DNA of 64,000 nucleotides from Candidatus Hydrogenedentota bacterium (GTDB taxonomy: Bacteria; Hydrogenedentota; Hydrogenedentia; Hydrogenedentales; SLHB01): the NCBI GenBank assembly GCA_963745075.1, contig CAVUWV010000008.1, positions 32,001 through 96,000 of the forward strand, read 5' to 3'. Shown here one piece after another: positions 58,924 to 64,000 of this stretch. A model generated the notes under the pieces. It saw only the letters and a list, made by a program, of their open reading frames with translations. It made no database searches and was not told where the DNA came from. The translations under genes and the position numbers were made by a program. Numbering within the stretch: the first letter of the stretch is position 1; the number at the start of each line of letters is the position of its first letter.

Positions 58924-59058
58924 GCCTTTCCCTCCGCAGCCGTACCGCAGCCCCAGATTCCTTGCCACCACCCGTCATACTAGCGCAGAACGGGCGAGAT
59001 TGCAATGGCACGAGATAGCATAAGGAATTGTAAGTGCATGTTGACGCGGTTCGGCGGT

Positions 59059-62000
59059 TTACAGGCCCAACAGGGCCTGCAAGGACTCAAGTCCCAGGCC
59101 ACTGCGCTGCACTTCATCCGTTAGAGTCCAGTCTTCGGTAGGAAATGTGTATATCCGGTCTTCGGGAGCTCGGGTGATAAGCGACCGGCCGTCGGCGGAG
59201 AATGTCATCAGCCCAATGCAATCGTTGAGGGACAGGAGCGGCCGGCCGTCTTCGACTGCAAATACCACAGCATGGCCTCGGCTCTTTCCAACGAACCGTC
59301 GTCCGTCAGGATGCACCGCGATCTGCGATACGTCATATCGTTGTACACGGTAAACTTCGCGATGTGTTTCCATATCCCACAGCACGGGTTCACGCGAATT
59401 CCCCAACACCAGCAGGTAGGAACTGTTGGGTACGGCGATAACACGATACGGCCACCCGATAGCCTTGATATGGTATGGCTTGAGCGAGCCGTCGTTCGAA
59501 TCAAAGAAATGCACACATATCTCATCCGTACCATACCGGCCCCAGGAACCGCTCATGATTTCCTGTCCGTCCGGTGTGAACGCAACAAGCGATTTCCTGC
59601 GGACCGCGTCGTCAAGTTCAAGTTCAGTCTGACCGGTGGTCGCGTCGACAATACGCGTCGGGTTGGTGCCGCTGTTAACCGGCGAATCTTCCCCAAAGCC
59701 TATCGCCACACGCGACCCGTCCGGCGAACATCCCACGGAAAAGACCGGTTCCCGGTCGTCGGCGGATACGGTCCATAGCAGTGTCTCATCTTCAATTCGC
59801 CAGGCCTTGGCGGTACATTCGACCGACGTCGTATAAAGTGTCTTGCTGTCCGGACTGAATGCCAACGCGGTAACTACCCCCTCATGGGCGTTCCACTCGT
59901 GGAGCAATTCGAACGATGGTACGGACCAAAGGCGCACCTGTCCGGTATCGTCCCCTCGGGCGAGCAACGTGACGGCGTCGTCGTACGCATAGGGGAGGTT
60001 GGGCCACGTATTCTGGTTGACGTGATCCTCGCCACTGATGACCGGATCGTATGGGAAGGGGGTAATCACGCGCCCACGATCGGCTGCCACGTCCCAGAAC
60101 TTCAAGGTGGACTCGCTACCGTAGGTGACTGCACAACGGCCGTTGGGACTGAATGACAACGATTCAATGTTTCCCGCGTCGGTGAGCTCGGATCTGATTT
60201 GATGGCCGGAGGTCGCGTCGCAAAGTATCATTTTGTTCAAGCTGGCGACTGCGCAATAGTGGGCATCCGGCGAAACCGCGAGATCGCGGATTCCGTACCA
60301 ATCGAACGGTACTTGTTTCACCCGTTCCACGGGGTCGAGCCCCCAGACTTCCATGATTCCCTGGTCGGTAATTGCGACGACGCGTTCGGCGTCCGCGGCC
60401 AGCTTCGCGTAACCCCACAGGCATGGGGTCACGGTCGTTGTCTCGCCGGACTCCGTGTCCAAAACACGGACCTGGTCATCAACGTAGACGAGCCTGCGAT
60501 TGTCCTTGAGAAATCCCAGTACGGAACCGTTCGGCACCAGGTGCTGGCTGGACCAGTGCGAGAGATCGTAGTTCAGTTTTGTGACGGGGGTCAGATCGAA
60601 GCGACGCAATTCCTTACCAGTGGTTGCTTGCCAAAGCACCATCGTGCGCGCGTGCTTATCCGGTCCGAACCGAAGTCCGGCGGCAATTTCGTTGTCTTGA
60701 GAAAGGACCAATGAACAGAGCCAGCCCGATTCGATCGAATACCGCGCGAGAATCCGGTTATTCGCAAAGTCGAACAGCACCGCGTTACGGTCGTCCTCTC
60801 CGACCGTAATCGCCCTGGAATCGCCGGTAAACCCGTTACAGTACGGCCAACCTGAGAAACGGTCGGCCTCGCTGACGTAAATGGTGTCACCCTTGGCGAT
60901 GTCGAATATCGTCTTTACGCCGCCAAAATCGTGCGCCACCAGCACGTAGCGATTGTCCTTGCTGAATACCGCGCGAAGGGGCATGCCGGTCATGCCGCGC
61001 ATGGGATCGTCCCGAATCGTAAACACCGCCGGATTACTTTCGCGAAGCAGCCGCCCCCATTCCCAATCGCGGAGGCGTTCGGGTAGCCGTTGCAAAATCT
61101 GCGTCGCCTTCCAACCATTCTGATCGTCGATGTTCTTTTTGGCTTCCACCAGCGCGGACGAATAGTACTCCCACTCGAGTTGCGCATTGATCGTCTGCGT
61201 CTCGATGCGGAGCGCGCGCTCGGTCTGGCGCGCACGATAGAGGTAGATGTTGTAATAGACCTCGACCGACAAAAGCGCTATGAGCGACACCGCGACTGCT
61301 CCCAGAACCGCCCGATGTTGGCGGACATAGCGGCGCAGATGTTCCGAAAACCGGTAGCGGTACGCGCTCACCAACGCGCCCGACAAGTAACGTTGAATGT
61401 CGTCGGCAAAGTCCTTCGCGGTCTGATAACGCCGGTCGGGATCCCGGTCGATGGCCCGCGAACAGATGGCAACCATTTCCGGAGGTGTATCCGGTTCCAC
61501 GCTTTCGATCGACGCCGGTTTGTCGGAGATGACCTGGTTGAGAATCTCCGCCGGTGTCTTGCCTCGAAACGGCGGATTCCCCGTCAAGATCTCATAGAGG
61601 ACGGCGCCGAGCGCGTACACATCGCTACGTTCATCAACCTTGTCGATGGCCCCCGTGGCTTGCTCCGGGGCCATGTAGTGCGGCGTTCCGAGTACTTGAC
61701 CGTACTGCGTCTTATCGAGATCGAGCAGCCGGCCATCACGGCTTTGCAACAGCGCAACTGAAAGCGGATCGGCGTGGACGTCCGGCTGATTCTTCGCCTT
61801 GGCAAGACCCCAGTCGATCACCACCGTTTCGCCGAATTCTCCGACCATTACGTTGGCCGGTTTCAGGTCGCGATGAAGCACCCCGCGCGAATGCGCGTAC
61901 GCGATAGCCTGGCAGAGGTCGATGAAATGCGGCAGGAGTTCCAATCGTGCCGCCAACCCCTGCCCTTCCTTCAACGCTTTCGCGAGGGTTCGGCCGCGGA

Positions 62001-62673
62001 CCAACTTCATTGTGTAGTAGAGGGAACCATCCGGCCGGTGACCGAGTTCATACACCGGCACGATGGACGGATGCTCCAACTGCCCAGTGATGCGGGCCTC
62101 TTGCAGAAACCGCGCCGTGATTTGCATCGCCTGCCGCACGGGGGTCGGCGTCGGTTCGGCGTCTGCTTTCCTGCGAACCGGCAATAATTCCTTCAATGCC
62201 ACATCGCGGCCCAGGTACACGTCGTGAACCAGAAACACGCGCCCCATACCGCCCCGGGCAAACTCGGAACCCCCGGAATACCGGCCCGGCGTTTCGGGAA
62301 CACCCAGCGATTCGCCCAACTCGAGCTTGACCGGTTCGGGTCCCGGCAGCACGACCTCCACACCGTGGCGGGTCGCCAGAATAGAGCCGGTCAGTGTGTT
62401 GTCGATGAGTGCGGTCCCGCCGAAGGTTTCCAGTGCCGCGACCACGTCGCCGACGTGCGCTTCGACGGTCCGGTCGACCAGCGACCAAATGAGGTCCCGC
62501 TGTTCGGGAGTCACCAATTCCCCGTCTACCAGGCGATCGGCCAAATCCCGGGACGGATCGACGGCCCACGCGGCCGCCACCTCCATCAACTGTCCCGGTG
62601 CAACCCTGAAAAGCTGCACCGCCAATACCGCGAAAAGCAGATTCCGGTCGCGTTGTTGGGGGTCATGTTCCAT
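59059..62673 (-). CDS. Ser/Thr protein kinase with TM segment and WD40 repeats
   Basis: ARGGMGRV, VALKE, HRDLKPAN, DWG, GTPHYMAPEQ; C-terminal WD40 blades; start MEHDPQQRDRNLLF. Confidence 0.92.
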   Translation of the reverse strand: MEHDPQQRDRNLLFAVLAVQLFRVAPGQLMEVAAAWAVDPSRDLADRLVDGELVTPEQRDLIWSLVDRTVEAHVGDVVAALETFGGTALIDNTLTGSILATRHGVEVVLPGPEPVKLELGESLGVPETPGRYSGGSEFARGGMGRVFLVHDVYLGRDVALKELLPVRRKADAEPTPTPVRQAMQITARFLQEARITGQLEHPSIVPVYELGHRPDGSLYYTMKLVRGRTLAKALKEGQGLAARLELLPHFIDLCQAIAYAHSRGVLHRDLKPANVMVGEFGETVVIDWGLAKAKNQPDVHADPLSVALLQSRDGRLLDLDKTQYGQVLGTPHYMAPEQATGAIDKVDERSDVYALGAVLYEILTGNPPFRGKTPAEILNQVISDKPASIESVEPDTPPEMVAICSRAIDRDPDRRYQTAKDFADDIQRYLSGALVSAYRYRFSEHLRRYVRQHRAVLGAVAVSLIALLSVEVYYNIYLYRARQTERALRIETQTINAQLEWEYYSSALVEAKKNIDDQNGWKATQILQRLPERLRDWEWGRLLRESNPAVFTIRDDPMRGMTGMPLRAVFSKDNRYVLVAHDFGGVKTIFDIAKGDTIYVSEADRFSGWPYCNGFTGDSRAITVGEDDRNAVLFDFANNRILARYSIESGWLCSLVLSQDNEIAAGLRFGPDKHARTMVLWQATTGKELRRFDLTPVTKLNYDLSHWSSQHLVPNGSVLGFLKDNRRLVYVDDQVRVLDTESGETTTVTPCLWGYAKLAADAERVVAITDQGIMEVWGLDPVERVKQVPFDWYGIRDLAVSPDAHYCAVASLNKMILCDATSGHQIRSELTDAGNIESLSFSPNGRCAVTYGSESTLKFWDVAADRGRVITPFPYDPVISGEDHVNQNTWPNLPYAYDDAVTLLARGDDTGQVRLWSVPSFELLHEWNAHEGVVTALAFSPDSKTLYTTSVECTAKAWRIEDETLLWTVSADDREPVFSVGCSPDGSRVAIGFGEDSPVNSGTNPTRIVDATTGQTELELDDAVRRKSLVAFTPDGQEIMSGSWGRYGTDEICVHFFDSNDGSLKPYHIKAIGWPYRVIAVPNSSYLLVLGNSREPVLWDMETHREVYRVQRYDVSQIAVHPDGRRFVGKSRGHAVVFAVEDGRPLLSLNDCIGLMTFSADGRSLITRAPEDRIYTFPTEDWTLTDEVQRSGLGLESLQALLGL

Positions 62674-62881
62674 GGACGACAGTATCGCAACAGCGCTGTG
62701 TGGTGCGCAACGAGGAGATCCCGGTTGTCGTTTAGGACTAGTGCGTTGCGGCAAGATGGGCCGCAGACCGATCTCAATGGCGACGATTCCGCGCTTGCAA
62801 CGGAGCTGAATACGGCATCCTTCCACGTCAACGTTTCCCGTTCGAGACGAGTATATAGAGTAGGAAACCGGGGAAAAGCGG

Positions 62882-63784
62882 ATGACCCAATTCGAGGGAG
62901 AGCTGATCCTGAGCGGATGTCAGGGGAGACCACGCCAGGGCGCGGCGGAGACGCCGGATTCGGACGCCTTGGTGATTCGCGCGCAATCGGGCCAAGTGAA
63001 GGCCTTTGAGCGGTTTTTGGAACGCCACGAGGCGCTCGTCTTGCGAACGGCGCTTCGGATGTTGGGGAATCGTGAGGACGCCCTCGACGCGGCGCAGCAA
63101 ATCGTGGAAGACGGATTGCGCACACTTCCCGAACGGGAACGGGCGGCGATCACGTTGCGGGACATTGAAGGACTTTCCACGGGCGAAGTAGCGTCCATCA
63201 TGAACGTCGGCGAGTCGACGGTGCGCTCGCTGATCAGTAAAGCGCGCAAGGTTCAACGGCATGTGGAGCGGTGTGTGACGTGTCAGACCGTGGAAACTGA
63301 GTTTCGAGAAGGTCAGACCACGCTGCATACGCTACGTGAATCCAGCATTGACGAAAGCTTGCGTGGCGCACTGCACAGCCGCGTGCTCGGGGCGATTCCG
63401 CGGTCGCACAAGCCGGGACCAGAAGATGCCGACTTGGCGAGCGACGCGCCCAGGACGCACCGTATGCGTCAAGATCGACGGCGGATGGTGCATGTCACGG
63501 TTTACGCGGGCCTCGCGATTTCCATTGTGAGCATCGCAGTGATTGGCCTGACGTTGCACGAGCCGGATCCGCCCATCAACGCGCCAGCGCAAACTGCGAT
63601 GGTGCCACCGGATGTCCAGCTCCCGATGGAATCCATAGATACGAGTAGTTCAGGATCTCAAATCTCAGATCCTCAGATTGTGAATTCAATTGACGGAGAA
63701 CCACTACGGTCAACCGTAGTGAGAATGTACACCAACGACCCGCGGGTCGTATTTTTCCTCGTATCGGACCAAACGGGAGGATGA
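62882..63784 (+). CDS. ECF sigma factor fragments fused in frame to a ZAS-type anti-sigma (possible pseudogene)
   Basis: Sigma2 start (AFERFLERH...EDALDAAQ) joined directly to sigma4 (LPERERAAITLRDIEGLS), then HVERCVTC, a TM helix and TNDPRVVFF. Confidence 0.7.
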   Translation: MTQFEGELILSGCQGRPRQGAAETPDSDALVIRAQSGQVKAFERFLERHEALVLRTALRMLGNREDALDAAQQIVEDGLRTLPERERAAITLRDIEGLSTGEVASIMNVGESTVRSLISKARKVQRHVERCVTCQTVETEFREGQTTLHTLRESSIDESLRGALHSRVLGAIPRSHKPGPEDADLASDAPRTHRMRQDRRRMVHVTVYAGLAISIVSIAVIGLTLHEPDPPINAPAQTAMVPPDVQLPMESIDTSSSGSQISDPQIVNSIDGEPLRSTVVRMYTNDPRVVFFLVSDQTGG

Positions 63785-64000
63785 ACCCCATGACTGCCAA
63801 ATCGTGTATGTTTCGAGTGTTGCTCCTGATGGCTCTTCTGCCGATTCTCGTGGTGGGGATAGCGCCACGTGCCATCGCGCAGGATACACCACCTCAAGCC
63901 GTCCAACCTCAGTTTTGGCAACCCACAAACGCGCCAGCTCAGGCGGTACACACACAAGACCAACTCTTTGCGGAAGCCGAAAAGACCACGACGCGGATCG
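63781..64000 (+). CDS. Secreted protein, N-terminal fragment (truncated by window)
   Basis: ATGA overlap with the upstream gene; signal peptide RVLLLMALLPILVVGIAPRAIA/QD; frame open to the window end. Confidence 0.6.
   Translation, partial: MNPMTAKSCMFRVLLLMALLPILVVGIAPRAIAQDTPPQAVQPQFWQPTNAPAQAVHTQDQLFAEAEKTTTRI

Noticed and set aside
59006..59020. Sigma54-like TGGCACGAGATAGCA
   Set aside because: Imperfect -12 element, and it points antisense into the kinase 3' end with no gene to drive.
1..64000. tRNA, rRNA, tmRNA, prophage or anti-phage defence genes
   Set aside because: None recognised by eye; a covariance/HMM scan would be needed to exclude divergent ones.

Overview
GC-rich bacterial chromosomal window, most likely Candidatus Hydrogenedentota or a relative. 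This is inferred from the DUF1559 pseudopilin C-terminus [17 protein letters not shown]...[16 protein letters not shown], a WD40 Ser/Thr kinase and a dockerin-tipped exoprotease. Main content: the dnaX 3' end; a GH3-LysM protein; glycan catabolism genes (DUF2961/GH172, GH95, GH29, sulfatase, nagA, BNR protein); a complete V/A-type ATPase operon with a Na+ signature and an AtpI-like gene upstream; HDAC, NCS2 permease, ddlA and a nucleoside hydrolase; an intact IS1202-family IS with a 16-bp target duplication; a FadL-like porin; GT2, GT4 and flippase genes; an M4 protease; prpBC; NAD kinase; a PilZ/ABC permease pair; and an ECF sigma/anti-sigma fusion. Intergenic DNA carries at least six families of REP/MITE-like palindromes, including a three-level nested element. 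The best candidate for an undescribed system is a DUF2946-like leader gene (signal peptide, CxxC, C-terminal ARDPP) followed by an SD-sequestering hairpin and a Met-rich DUF1559 pseudopilin, which suggests metal-responsive translational control of a pilin-like protein. Other highlights are an unannotated 48-aa leader+amphipathic peptide, a probable pseudo-NagZ, and a doubly deleted sigma/anti-sigma chimera. Three genes carry apparent +1 indels that may be sequencing errors. All family calls come from motif recognition by eye; no searches were run.
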